DNA from: Paraspadella gotoi
Taxonomy: Eukaryota > Animalia > Chaetognatha
Assembly: GCA_051294375.1 (NCBI GenBank)
Contig: CM119265.1
Location: forward strand, 7,264,629-7,328,628
DNA: 64,000 nt
Direction of reading: 5' to 3'
Below the pieces are notes generated by a model that was given only the letters and a program-made list of their open reading frames with translations, was not told the DNA's origin and did no database searches. Shown in pieces: positions 1-13,171 of this stretch. The position numbers were made by a program, and so were the translations under genes. Every line of letters starts with the position of its first letter. The first letter of the stretch is position 1.

Positions 1-410
1 TGCTTCGCGAGTATTCACTATTCGTCAACTTTTCGTTTCAATTCTATCGCTTTTGATTTAAAACCGATAAACCGTTACTCGCTGAAAATTGAATTTCCGC
101 CAAAGCCTAATTATTTAACTATCGTAATAAAAATGGGAAAAAATGGATTAAATGGATGAAATTAGCCAACGATTTTTTCTGTGTGACGCAACGCCAACGT
201 CACAAGCGTCATGTGCGTCAGCCGATTGTCCACGATATTGACGACGACGACGACGACGACGACTGCCCGTAAATTGTATTAGATTTACGAGGAGAATATC
301 AAGAAGACGACGACGATATTTAAGACGATGAAGGCGACGAGGGCAACGACGTCGACTTCTAAAGAGACAGTTATTTATGATTCTAAGAATTAGAGCTTTC
401 TCTCGCTCTC

Positions 411-448
<38 letters not shown>

Positions 449-661
449 GTCTATCCTCTCTCTCTCTTCTCTCTCTCTCTCATCTCTCTCTCTCTCTGTC
501 TCTCTTCCTCTTTCTTCTCGGCGCGTGCTGTTGAAAGACAACGCGATATGATCAATGATTAATGATAAACTCTTGCGACTCCGTTTTTTCAACATAAATA
601 TATCTTCTCTTTTTCTCTCGTCTTTTTTCTTTTGCGTCGTAACCCTCTAAGTTTTAATGAG

Positions 662-1055
662 GCCCCTCCCCCATCAAGTAGTCTCAAGTTTTTTTCTTTC
701 TTTTTTTCATTTCATCAATTCATCACTCTATCACTCTGTCAGTCAATCACTAAATCTTTTCTTTAATCTTCTGATTAATCTATTACTCAGCTCGCTTCAG
801 TCGTCACTTCAGTCTCTCGATCATCAGTTTTAACTACTTGCATCATCATCGATCTTTCCTCAGATCCTCATCCCCGTTATATAATAATGTTCCCTTATCT
901 TTCCTCATTTTTTTTACATTTACAGGATTCTCCCTCTCTGCGGCTTTCTTATTTTCCTCCTTTCTTTGTTCTGGGCTTCCCTTTTTTCTCCCAAGATTTT
1001 GAGGAACGTGTGTCTCTCTCTCCTCTCTCTCTCTCTCTCCTCTCTCTCTCTTCTC

Positions 1056-1088
<33 letters not shown>

Positions 1089-2008
1089 TCTCTCTTCGTA
1101 CTTCCCGTCGCTCTCGCGCCCTTCCTCCCTCCATCCTTTCCTTATCATTGAATAAAGTCCTGAGATAAAATAATAATTTCTTTCCAATTTTTTCCCCAAC
1201 AGAATTAAAAAAAAAAGAAGAAGATATCAGCTTGGACAAGTCGACAAAAAAGAGCGCTATTCGTGAATTTCCCTCTCGGATTTTAGAGACAAAAAAATAA
1301 ACAAAAACAAAAAACCATACGTAATAAAACGAAATAATAAAAAAATGATTGAATTTTTTTGCGATTTGCCGGTGAGTGAAAAATGAGAAAGTGAGAGTCA
1401 GAGAGAGGAGAGAAAGAGAGAGAGAGAGAGAGAGAGACGAGAGAGATGAGAGAGCGAGAGAAGAGAGGAGAAGAGGAGAGGAAGAGAGAGGAGAAGAGAA
1501 AGAGAGGAGAGAAATAGAGATAAATGCGCTCGAAAAAAACAAAAGCCTGGATAATCGATCTGTTCAGGAATAAAGAGGTGGCGCTCCGAGACGTTTGTTT
1601 TCCGGTGAGACAAAACAGCGACAGGAAAAGAAATAACGGGAAAGGGGGGGTGGCTGAGAAAAAAATGTCAAAAGGCGGCGAGGCGTGAGCCTCGAGTGAC
1701 CCGATCGATTCTTCACGCGAAAACTGAGAAAAACGTAAAAACGTAAAAAGAAACATCCCCTCGGTGAAAAATGTCTTCAGAGAAAAAACAGAAAAAGCGT
1801 AATTTAAGGGAACCGTAAATCTTTTTTTTCTTTTCGAGCAAAAACGTTATATTATTTTAACGCTAGGTTAAAAAAAAAAAAAAGAGTAAACAAGCAATCT
1901 CTGTCTTTCTTCTCCTTTTTCTTCCTCCCTCCTTTTCTCTCTTCTATAAGTTTTTCAAACCGCCTTTCCCTTCCGAGCACCGCATTTCATCTAAAATTCA
2001 ACTTCAGA

Positions 2009-2044
<36 letters not shown>

Positions 2045-3754
2045 TCGTCCGTCGTCGTCGTCGATCAGTCGTCGTCTCTTCCGCCGCCTCGATTTCCTTC
2101 TTTTTTTTTTCTTCTCACGAATTTAAAGTGATAAAAAAAAAAAAGGCGACTCATCTCGAAATCTTCGCTCTAGTGGCGTCTGAAAATGATAAACGGCGAT
2201 TCGTAATGTTTATCATTTAAATATTTCTCGAGATTCAAATTCAATTGAAGGTGTTTCTAATCTAATTCTAATATCGAATTATGATACAGACTCATACAAA
2301 CAAAGATAATTTAGGTTCCAATCAAGACGTTGTTTCTCGCTATTTATTAGAGAGCCTCGATTCAAAAAACTCTCTGCTCCGTCATCCCCAACTCTCGTTT
2401 TTCAGATTCGCTGTCAATGCGTTTTTCCAAGTTGCCTCTCCGCGATTAGCGACCGCTTAATTAATTGCCAAACGTTTCGTTTTTCCAACTCGAAAAGACT
2501 TTTTTTTTTGTGCTGTTGTGTGTACGCGTTGGTCACGGTTGTCACGATGTTCGGTCGAGCAGTTCGTACGGGCGCAGTTGTCATCGGTCGTCACGGTCGA
2601 ATCGCGTCTCTGACGAAATGTCGCTCCCCCCCCCCACTCCCTTCCAGTGTAGCGACGAGGCCATATGATCGATGCGCGTCGGGAAATAGCCTTTTCAGCT
2701 TCAGCTTTCTCTTGGAGAAAAGTGAGGTTGGGTCAGACGAGTCAGAAGAGAGAATCTCCAAGGGGGAGAGAGAAAAAGCTTAAGCTAATAAGTTGTTTGG
2801 TTGTTGTGTTATGGGGGGAGGTATAGAGGTTGAGGTCTTCGAATCAACTACGGAGGCCAACTGCGTGAGGTGGGGGAAGAGCGGGGGGGAGTTTGGGAAC
2901 TGAAATTGGGGTCAGTCCTGGTCAAGACGAGACGGCTTGTTGATTTCGAATGCTATATCGCTTCGGCTGTACGTATCGATGTANNNNNNNNNNNNNNNNN
3001 NNNNNNNNCCCCCCCCCATCAAGTTATCTCAAGTTTTTTCTTTCTTTTTTTCATTTCATCAATTCATCACTCTATCACTCTGTCAGTCAATCACTAAATC
3101 TTTTCTTTAATCTTCTGATTAATCTATTACTCAGCTCGCTTCAGTCGTCACTTCAGTCTCTCGATCATCAGTTTTAACTACTTGCATCATCNNNNNNNNN
3201 NCCTCACGATCTCATCCCCGTTAATAATAATGTTCCCTTATCTTTCTCATTTTTTTTACATTTACAGGATTCTCCCTCTCTCGCTTTCTTATTTTCCTCC
3301 TTTCTTTTGTTCGGCTTCCCTTTTTTCCCCAAGATTTTGAGAACGTGTGTCTCTTCTCTCTCTCTCTCCTCTCTCTCTCCTCTCTCTCTCTCTTCTCTCT
3401 CTCATCTCTCTCTCTCATCTCTCTCTCTCTCTCTCTCTCTCTCAGTACTTCCCGTCCTCTCGCGCCACTTCCTCCCTCCTCCTTTCCTTATCATTGAATA
3501 AAGTCTGAGATAAAATAATAATTTCTTTCCAATTTTTTTCCCTAACAGAATTAAAAAAAAGAAGAAGATATCAGCTTGGACAAGTCGACAAAAAAGAGCG
3601 CTATTCGTGATTTCCCTCTCGGATTTTAGAGACAAAAAAAATAAACAAAAACAAAAAACCATACGTATAAAAACGAAATAATAAAAAAATGGATTGAATT
3701 TTTTTTGCGATTTGCCGGTGAGTGAAAAATGAGAAAGTGAGAGTCAGAGAGAGG

Positions 3755-3828
<74 letters not shown>

Positions 3829-4323
3829 TAGAGATAAATGCGCTCGAAAAAAACAAAAGCCTGGATAATCGATCTGTTCAGGAATAAAAGAGGTTGGCGC
3901 TCGAGACGTTTGTTTTTTCCGGTGAGACAAACAGCGACAGGAAAAGAAATAACGGGAAAGGGGGGGTGGCTGAGAAAAAAATGTCAAAAGGCGGCGAGGC
4001 GTGAGCCTCGAGTGACCCGATCGATTCTTCACGCGAAAATGAGAAAAACGTAAAAACGTAAAAAGAAACATCCCCTCGGTGAAAAATGTCTGTCAGAGAA
4101 AAACAGAAAAGCGTAATTTAAGGGAACCGTAAATCTTTTTTTTTTCTTTTCGAGCAAAAACGTTATATATATTTTAACGCTAGGTTAAAAAAAAAAAAAA
4201 GAGTAAACAAGCAATCTCTGTCTTTCTCTCCTTTTCTCTTCCTCCCTCCTTTTCTCTCTTCTATAAGTTTTTCAACCGCCTTCTCCTTCCGAGCACCGAT
4301 TTCATCTAAAATTCAAATTCAGA

Positions 4324-4377
<54 letters not shown>

Positions 4378-5225
4378 TCGTCGTCGTCTCTTCCGCCGCC
4401 TCGATTTTCCTTCTTTTTTTTTTCTCACGAAGTTAAAGTGATAAAAAAAAAAAGGCGTCATCTCCAAATCTTCGCTCGGCGTCTGAAAATGATAAACGGC
4501 GATCGTAATGTTTATCATTTAAATATTTCTCGAGATTCAAATTCAATTGAGGTGTTTTCTAATCTAATCTAATATCGAATTATGATACAGACTCATACAA
4601 ACAAAGTAATTTAGGTTCCAATCAAGACGTTGTTTCTCGCTATTTATTGAGAGCCTCGATTCAAAAACTCTCTGCTCCGTCATCCCCAACTCTCGTTTTT
4701 CAGATTCGCTTCAATCGTTTTTCCAAGTTGCCTCTCGCGATTAGCGACGCTTAATTAATTGCCAACGTTTTTCCAACTCGAAAACGTTTTTTATTTTTTT
4801 TTTTTGTGCGTGTGTCGTGTGTCACGGTTTGTCACGGTTGTCACGATATGGTCGGTCGTCACGTTGTCATCGGTCGTCACGGTCGAATCGCGTCTCTGAC
4901 GAAATGTCGCTCCCCCCCCCACTCCCTTCCAGTGGTAGCGACGAGGCCATTTTACGATCATGCCGCGTCTGGGAAAAGCCTTTTAGCTTTCAGCTTTCGT
5001 CTCTGGAGAAAATTGAGGTTGGGTCAGACGAGTCAGAGCGAGAATCTCCAAGGGGGAGAGAGAAAAAAGCTTATAAAGCTATAGTTGTTGTTGTTGTGGT
5101 TATGGGGGGGGAGGTTAGAGGTTGAGGTCTTCGAATCAACTACGAGGCCAACTGCTGAGTGGGGGGAAAGAGGGGGGGGCGGAGTTGGAACTGAAATTGG
5201 GGTCAGTCCGGTCAAGACGAGACGG
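662..5225 (+). repeat. ~2.3-kb near-identical tandem duplication (copy 1 ~662-2937, copy 2 ~3009-5225) separated by an N gap
   Basis: The same sequence is read twice, from 'ccccccatcaagt..ctcaag' through 'ggtcaagacgagacgg'. Differences are mostly 1-nt indels and microsatellite length changes. N runs at 2984-3008 and 3192-3201. Confidence 0.9.
4324..4388. repeat. (TCG)n microsatellite; duplicate at ~2010-2075, further tracts at ~240-263, ~5724-5752 and ~7878-7909
   Basis: Read directly from the sequence. Confidence 0.9.
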
Positions 5226-5464
5226 TTTTATTAACTGTTGCTTGGTTACGCGATTAGCATTGAGGTCAAGCGCGCCCTCGACAGGCTCTGGTTGGCAGAC
5301 AGTTAGTTATACAGTTATTCATTGTGCTGCCTGACACATTCTTCCTCCGTCTCTGGTAGCCCCAACTTTTACAAGCATAATCCACCAAAGCGGAACGAAT
5401 CTGAATGATTGAAAACAAGACCAAGGATCAACGATGGGTTAAAAGAAGGAAGGGAAAAAAATAA

Positions 5465-5602
<138 letters not shown>

Positions 5603-5722
5603 AAAAAATAGGTAAATGATATATAAATACTAAATACATAACAAAGAAAAATGTTTGAAAGAGCAACAATTTTTCTTTCGATTGATTTTCTGACGCTCGT
5701 TTGCCGTTTCTGGTCCGACGGC

Positions 5723-5754
<32 letters not shown>

Positions 5755-7383
5755 CTTTAGCGACAAAAGGCAAACGCGGCGGCGGGAAAAAAAATACAAT
5801 GAGGCACCGAGACGCAAAAATGGCGGCGCGGTGTTGTGGCAAAAAAAGTGAGCAACCGCGAGCAAAGGCAGAGAGGAAAAAGGTGAATGAGAACAGAGAA
5901 GAATACTTTGTCCCCGGGCATCGACGAAAATATTTATGACTTTCGCCAAGAATACTTAATAAATGACGCGTCTAAAGAGAGAAAGTCTGTTCTAAATTTA
6001 TGCGGTGACTTGGCGCTCGGATTACTGCGTTTCGATTCTAGCTTATCAACCACTACGACCGCACAGTTGCCACAATTGCTCACACTTTATCTCATAGCGA
6101 CGCGAACAAAGAGAAAAGATTCGCCTAAAGGAATCAGCGGATCGGAACTGATTTCGTATTCAGGCGAATATCGTCGCACTTTTAGATTCTTTACGTTCGA
6201 CCTTTGGCTTAAAGGGAATCTATTTTTTTACACGAGTTTTAAACGTCAATTACATGCATTAATTGTTATTACTAGAGAAAGTATGTTGGGTTTCTATCCT
6301 TTTTGAATAGTCAATTTCCGTTATTGCCTTAATTTTGAATCACTCTTGAAATTTAAACTTAAGTGGAGGTTCGAATACTTTTTAAGCAAAACAACTATTT
6401 AGACCGTCCGGCCGCCCATTAAACATTTTTTCCCTTTTTTTTTCTCAATCTGACATTAATTAATAATAACAACAACAACAAAAACAACAACAACAACAAC
6501 CCCATACAGCAGAGTTTACATAACGTCTTTGTTATCGTTATCGTTATCGTTTGTAAAGCCTCGAAGCCAAATGCCTTGTCGAGTGAGTAAATAATGAATC
6601 TGAGAATAAAAAAAAAAATTAAATAATCCTTGGATAATCCGAGCTGTGGTTTTTGACTGCAGTGTTGACTTAAAGGAAAATGAGGGAAAGAGAAATTATG
6701 GAATCGTGACCTTCATTCTATTTTTACATTACAATCTCGATCGTAACCTAATTTTTCATTACGATTTCTTAAATATTGTCATCATTAAACGTCATCATTC
6801 ATCAACGGACTTGGTTCGTAAACGATTTGAGAGCGCCGAATAAATAATCAAGATTGATGAGTCCTTATCGAAAACAATCTTACGTCGAGGTTATCTGTCA
6901 CTTCGATATACAATGTAAATGTATTATATAATATATATTATACATGCTTCGCCGTAAATAAGCGGCGATCGCGATTGGATACGCCTTTTGTTTGCAGTCG
7001 CAATCAACCCTTAATCTCCAGCGCTCTTCACTCAGTCTCTCTTTGTCTTCTCTCTTCTTTTTTTATTCCTTTTTTTTTCGGGATGTAGTCTGTTTTTCTT
7101 ATCCAATCTCTCATCTCTCACTATCTCTCCCTCATCCCTTCCACATCTCGGCGAGTTTAACCTTCCTTATCTCTCACGCTTCCACCTTAATAAAGCTCCT
7201 TACCTCCTTGGCCATCTAGCTCGGCTCGTTAACTCGATGCGCACCTTGTCTGGGTTCGCACGCGCGAGAGACGGTGCACGTCTGAGCGTGCTCTCGCGGC
7301 GTCTGAACCGGCAGCGCGACCATCCAAAAGAGAGAGAGAGACGAGAGACGAGAGAGACAGGGAGAGAGAAGAGAGAGAGAGAG

Positions 7384-7426
<43 letters not shown>

Positions 7427-7877
7427 CAGATAGATATCTACCTCTACCTCCAGCAAGCGCGCTCTCCTCTGGCGTCGTTAGTTCGGTCAGGCGCACGGAT
7501 GCCCTGTTTTTCCCCCCTTTCATTCCGTCCCTCTAGAGGCGAAAGATCATCGCCGCGGGAAACGACGCAAACAAAAAGTCAATAACCTTTCGTGAAGAAA
7601 GTCGACGGAGGCAGAGGCGGAGGCGGACGCGGAGGCGGCAGCGGCGGCTACCGACCGATCCTCCGCCATCGCGTTTTCTCCTCGGCCGCCTGAGAGGTTA
7701 CCTCGGAGATGATGGGATGGGGTGGCAGTCGTCCTTCGTTAACCGTCTTTTGTCGTCGTCTTCGTCGTCGTCGTCATTCTTTGTTATCGTCCCTCGTCTT
7801 ATTCGTCCTTGGTCAATTACTCTTCGTCCTTCGTCAATGATGTCGTTGTTTTTCTCTTCGACCTTCGATCCGGAAAT

Positions 7878-7909
<32 letters not shown>

Positions 7910-9261
7910 CCCATCGATCGTTTATCGCCGGATTATCTCCGGGTTTTAGTTTGCGCTTCTTAGTAGATTAATCACGATTTTAGATTCGAACAGACATTAA
8001 CATACAAACGAGGGAGCGGCGGCGCGCGAATGACGTCAATCGGGCTGCCGTCGATGTCTTTCCTTTTTATTGTAAACAAAAATTGATTCTGACTCGTGAT
8101 CTTTTTATTTATTTTTCTTCTTATTCATTGGTGTTTCTCTGCTGGCCGCTTGAGGTCTCATGGTGCCACGTTTTCTCCATCGTCTCAGCGATAGCGTGGC
8201 CGACAAGAAGTTAACCCAGAAACCTTTTTTGCCTCGTAGCCGATTATCATTAAGATTAGTCTTGATTATTCAGTATTATATAGTAAATATATTTACTTCA
8301 AAAGCTGTCTCTTCTCCCTTAAACGAGTCTTAATACTACAATCCTTGTTACGGTAGCTTCAGTTTCGCTTCATACATCAACACAGTCAACAGTCAACAGC
8401 CGCCAGTCCTTTGTCACTGGAAAACGTTTGGTGTTATTCTGTTTTTCGCTGAAACAAAATCGTTCTTTATCTTGCTCATTTTTTGTTCTTTTTCCTCGTT
8501 TCTTTTTATCCGAATCAGCGGTGGTTTTTCCCCTTCATTTTTCTCGTTTCTCGTTTCTCGAGGCACGACTCATTCGTTCGCTTTCCTTCCCGCGATGCGA
8601 AAAGCATTCGTCACTCCCTCCCAGAGTGCACTAGTAGTCTATTATTAGTACTAGTACTACTCTCTGTCAAATTATCGCACAAGTCAGAACTTAGAATCCT
8701 AATACCATTCACCATTCGATTCCCACTTGCCAGTTGGAACGCATGGACGCACGAGACCATCGCCGACGTGGCCGCGGTCTTTGACACGTTTTTGACACGC
8801 TGTTGTCAAAAGTGAACGTTGCGACGTGCGCAGTCGTCGTCCTCATCGTCGTCGTCGTTGAACGAACAAGAAATTGCAGACGCCAAGAGAGTAATAATAT
8901 TCTCGACGGATCCGTTTATGCGATGTTGCCATGGAGACCCGCGGGTCAACTGATTGGACTTTTATCTTCGTCGTCGTTTTCTTCTTCCTATTTGTAGTCG
9001 TCGTCGTCGACGATTATGGCGCGAAAACGAAAAAATGATTAAAAAAAAAATAAAGGAAAAAAAAAAGAGCGAGAGATTACTTGAGTTAAGCCAAAGATCC
9101 ACCCCTTTGCTCTTCCCCATCCTTCTTCTTTCTCTTCTTCTCCCCCCCCCGCCCCATCCCCAGCGACCTCGTCTCCTTCCTCCCGTCCTCCTCTTCCACT
9201 TCAACCTTTTCATTTAGGCTTCTAGCTTCTCCCTCCCTCCCACTTTTTCCTGTAATTCTGA

Positions 9262-9349
9262 ACCTCCCACCCACCTTTGTGACTTTCAGTCTTTGCCATT
9301 CTTCATTCATTGTACCTCCCACCCACCTTTGTGACTTTCAGTCTTTGCC
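9262..9349 (+). repeat. 36-nt direct duplication (acctcccacccacctttgtgactttcagtctttgcc x2)
   Basis: Copies at ~9262-9297 and ~9314-9349. Confidence 0.85.
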
Positions 9350-9795
9350 TTTCAACCCTTTCTTCATTCAATTCGCATTCAGCAATAAGAAGAATAGTTT
9401 TGAGTTTCGATCACCGATTCTCACATTTGTTACAGCGTTCCTAGTCACTATTTATAGATGGCGTGACGAGCGAGTCGGCATTCGCTTATCCGTCACGTGT
9501 TCGAGCCAGCCCGATGTAGAATAAATAGTGTTCTCTATCGTCGGTACCTAAATGTCGCAATCTGCACGGACAATTTGGTTTTTTTTTTTTGAAAAGGTAA
9601 GGACCTGAGGGACGACGTCCTGGGATAATTAATGGCACCAGCGACGTTGCGATTCTGTTCTCTCCGCATCTCTCTCTTCAAAGGTCACCTTTCCTTTTTT
9701 CTCTTCCTCATCCTAATAAATATTCATAGAAGAAAAAAGGTTGGGAGATCCATCGGCTTCTCTGACACTTTATTCCCAGGCGACTTATTACCGCA

Positions 9796-10076
9796 GAAAA
9801 AAAAAAGAGAAAGAAAGAAAGAAAGAAAAGAAAGGAAAGAAAGAAAGAAGAAAGAAAGAAAGAAAAAGAAAGAAAGAAAAAAGAAAAAAGAAAGAAAAAA
9901 AAAAAAGAGGAAAAGAAAGACAGAAAAAAAGAAAGAAAGAAAAAAAGAAAAAGAAAGAAAGAAGAAAAAAAAAAAAAAAAAAAGAAAGGAAAGAAAGAAA
10001 AAAGAAAGAAAAAAAGAAAAGAAAGAAAAAAGAAAGAAAGAAAGAAAGAAGAATAAAAAGAAAGAAAGAAAACGAA

Positions 10077-10108
<32 letters not shown>

Positions 10109-10126
10109 AGAAAGAAAGGAAAAAAA
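9796..10126. repeat. Degenerate (GAAA)n / A-rich purine tract
   Basis: Read directly. It is the source of the spurious K/E/R-rich and F/S/L-rich ORFs. Confidence 0.95.
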
Positions 10127-11042
10127 TGAAAAACAAGTAAAGACAAAAAAAAAAGTCACCAGTATTCCAGCGTCCGCTGACGCTGGGACTCGAACAGCGG
10201 TTATGGACACCGAGATTTCCATCCGAATAGGGGCGTTAATAGTGTCGGGGTGGGCATATGAAAATGGCGAAAACGTGAACATGAGCAGAAACGGCGGCTC
10301 GGAATGGCCTCGGCGAAATGAAGAATGGAAAGCGCGTCTGAATCGAGATTGCTTCGTCGAACGGGGAGTAAATGCGAAGCCATAACAATGGTCGTAAAAA
10401 GTGAATCTTGCGCTCTCAAAATGTTGTCAGAATGTCAAGAATGGACTTAGTTTTTGAGATACAAACAACAAAGGCTATGGGGTACGATTTTAGAAGAAAT
10501 CTTGGTATATGTTTATCGTTATAGTTTATTTCCCTTTTTTCATTTTTTTTAATTTTTAATTAATAAACACATCGGCCATTTTATTTTTTGTTTTTCTTAT
10601 TTACGGCCAGAATTTACGTAGCTCATCGTTTAGAACACACCTCATTTGATTTTCAATTTTCTCTGTTCTCACGCCATTGTCGCTCGAATGAATTATCGCC
10701 TCCATTGGATGACCTCGCCAGTTTTGCAATGGATGACCTCCCTCAGCTTTGCAAAGGAATGTCCTTCCTCTTCTCGCGATAGTTGACCTTAAACTCTCAC
10801 CTTCTTTCTCTTTTCTTTTCGAAGAGTCTTTTTTATCCAGGTCGTGTCCGATATTGTCTTTTTCGAGTTTTTTGAGCAGAGAGGGTGAGTCACTTGAATT
10901 CCTCCTCATCGGCCAATAACTTACCTTCGATGCCGATACTCGCCCTTGCCCATGTCCTCACCAATCTACGGAGGCCGCAGTAGCAGAAGCTGCAAAGCAC
11001 AGGAACGGGCAGATCTTCCTTGTCCCGAATCCGGGGGCGCAA

Positions 11043-11080
<38 letters not shown>

Positions 11081-11422
11081 CTAGTTCCGGTTCATTCCTC
11101 TCGGGCGATTTCTTATTCGGTCCACATTAGTGCAAAGAGTTTCATTATTATTGTGTCCTTGTTTCTTGTATATCATTTTTATAAATTTATCAAAATTATT
11201 TTACAACGATCAAGTATAAAAATGCTGAGACTCCAAAGCCTTTTTATTTCCAGTCGAGTTATTCTCCGCAAGCTGTCGCTTTTTTTCTTCCACTCATTCG
11301 CTGATTAAAGCTTTCGCGCGATTTGAAATTTAGATGCCTCGATTTCCCCGCGGGTGAAAAATTCGTTGACTCTGTCTCGTGGGCGAGCTTCCCGTCCGAG
11401 ATTCATGACGAGGTGGGCCGGG

Positions 11423-11424
<2 letters not shown>

Positions 11425-11520
<96 letters not shown>
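11425..11520. repeat. (GA)n microsatellite (many other GA/CT tracts lie in 400-16000)
   Basis: Read directly from the sequence. Confidence 0.95.
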
Positions 11521-12429
11521 AAAAGAAAGAAAAAGAGAAAGAGAGAGAAACTAATGCCCACCACCAGGAACGAGCCGGAACTAGAAAAATGGAAACGCAT
11601 AATGGTTAAAGCGTGAGGGCACATCATGACTGAGGAGGCAGAATTCAGGACGAATCATGACCGAAAAAATCAGGTACTTAAAGATGCACCATGACCGAAA
11701 GGTGTAAACAAGGATGTGAGACTTTTCAAAAAAACGCATTATGGTCCACGGCTGAGAGTGAAAAAGGGAGACGCATCAAGGCCAAAAATAGAAAAAGGAA
11801 GGTGCATCGATGCATCACGAAGGAAAGGCTTCCCGCCATCGAATTCAAGGAAAAATCCCACGCGTTCTTTTTTTATATTTTTGGTTTCTTCTATTTTTTT
11901 TTCTCGTGGCGTCCGTTTGGCGTCGGAGTGGGTGTGAGGCTTCGTGACTCAACTTTTCACTTTATTTTCATTTTTCGTTCATACTTACTTTGATTTTATA
12001 TTTCCATCTTCGCCTCAATGTACTTCATTATCCTTTTTTTCTTCTATTTTTATCCCGAAAACCGATTGATAAATGTTATCATTTGATTTAAGTACTTAAA
12101 TTGTCAAATTTGTCAAAATTGCGCCCCACAGCTCGCAACCTAGTAACCACAACCTTGTCTGCTCTGCATTCCTTTTGGCGCGAATCTCCACATAATCTCC
12201 TCTCTCTCTTTCTGCTTCCCCTTACGTCGGCGTGTGCTTTTGCATTTCCTCGACTGTCTCTAAACCAAATATAGGGGGAGAGAGAGAGAGAGATAGAGAG
12301 AGAGACAGGGAGACATTGAGTGAAACTATGTCTATGAGAGGGAGACTGACAAAATGAGAGAGAGAGATAGAGATAAATAGATAAAGCAAGAGAGGGAGAG
12401 TGATAAAAAAGAATGAATTGAGTTTTCCA

Positions 12430-12545
12430 TCCGCGTGCGAATGCGCGCAAGCGTGTGCGCATCTCCCGCAAAGAATGTGCACGCGCGCGTGACGGAAGAG
12501 AGGGAGAGAGAGAGAGAGAGCAAAGATGGCGGCGCCCCTCTTCGA
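12430..12545. promoter_or_regulatory. Possible promoter-like motif cluster (GCGCA/TGCGC repeats, GAGA tract, AAGATGGCGGC YY1-type motif)
   Basis: The motifs are visible in the sequence. Function and target gene are inference only. Confidence 0.25.
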
Positions 12546-13140
12546 GAGTTGTCGTAAATTATACGAATACTAATTAAACTAACCATTCACCCTTTTATCT
12601 TTGAAGAAAGTTCACTTAAAAATATTTAATCTAAATTATGACCCAAATATATTTAAAATTATGATTACTACTTTTATGCAAAATTATAATTACTACTTAA
12701 AGTTCTCACAGTAAGTTTCACGCTATCATTCTATATTCATAGAGTAAATATATTTTTTTCTAAAATAGTTTTTTATTTCTAATTTCAATTATAATTTCTA
12801 AAATGTCTGGCAAAATATGACGAGAATATCGACCAGTAATTTCCCCTCAGCTACGAAACGTCTAGCCGCGTCTTCCTCTTGTCCGACTCCTTTCAATGGG
12901 CGTGGCTCCGTCACGATAAAGTGTAGCCAACTGGAGCGAAATTGTCAGGAACGATTGACACGTTTGACGGGTGCCGGCGAAGGGTCAAGCAAGACCCGGA
13001 ACTGAGACTGTGATCCGTGCTGTACGTGTCGGCGCAGCGTTGAGCAGCCGCCAGCGCCGTGTCCAGACGACCTCGCAGCGAAACGTCGAAAAGCGATTCA
13101 TCAAATACGCGAAAGTTTAACGATCCAATAAAACGGACGA

Positions 13141-13171
<31 letters not shown>

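Noticed and set aside
5291-5338. Hairpin loosely resembling miR-34 or an H/ACA snoRNA 3' hairpin
   Set aside because: The seed differs from miR-34, the stem is short and bulged, and there is no convincing H box or first hairpin.
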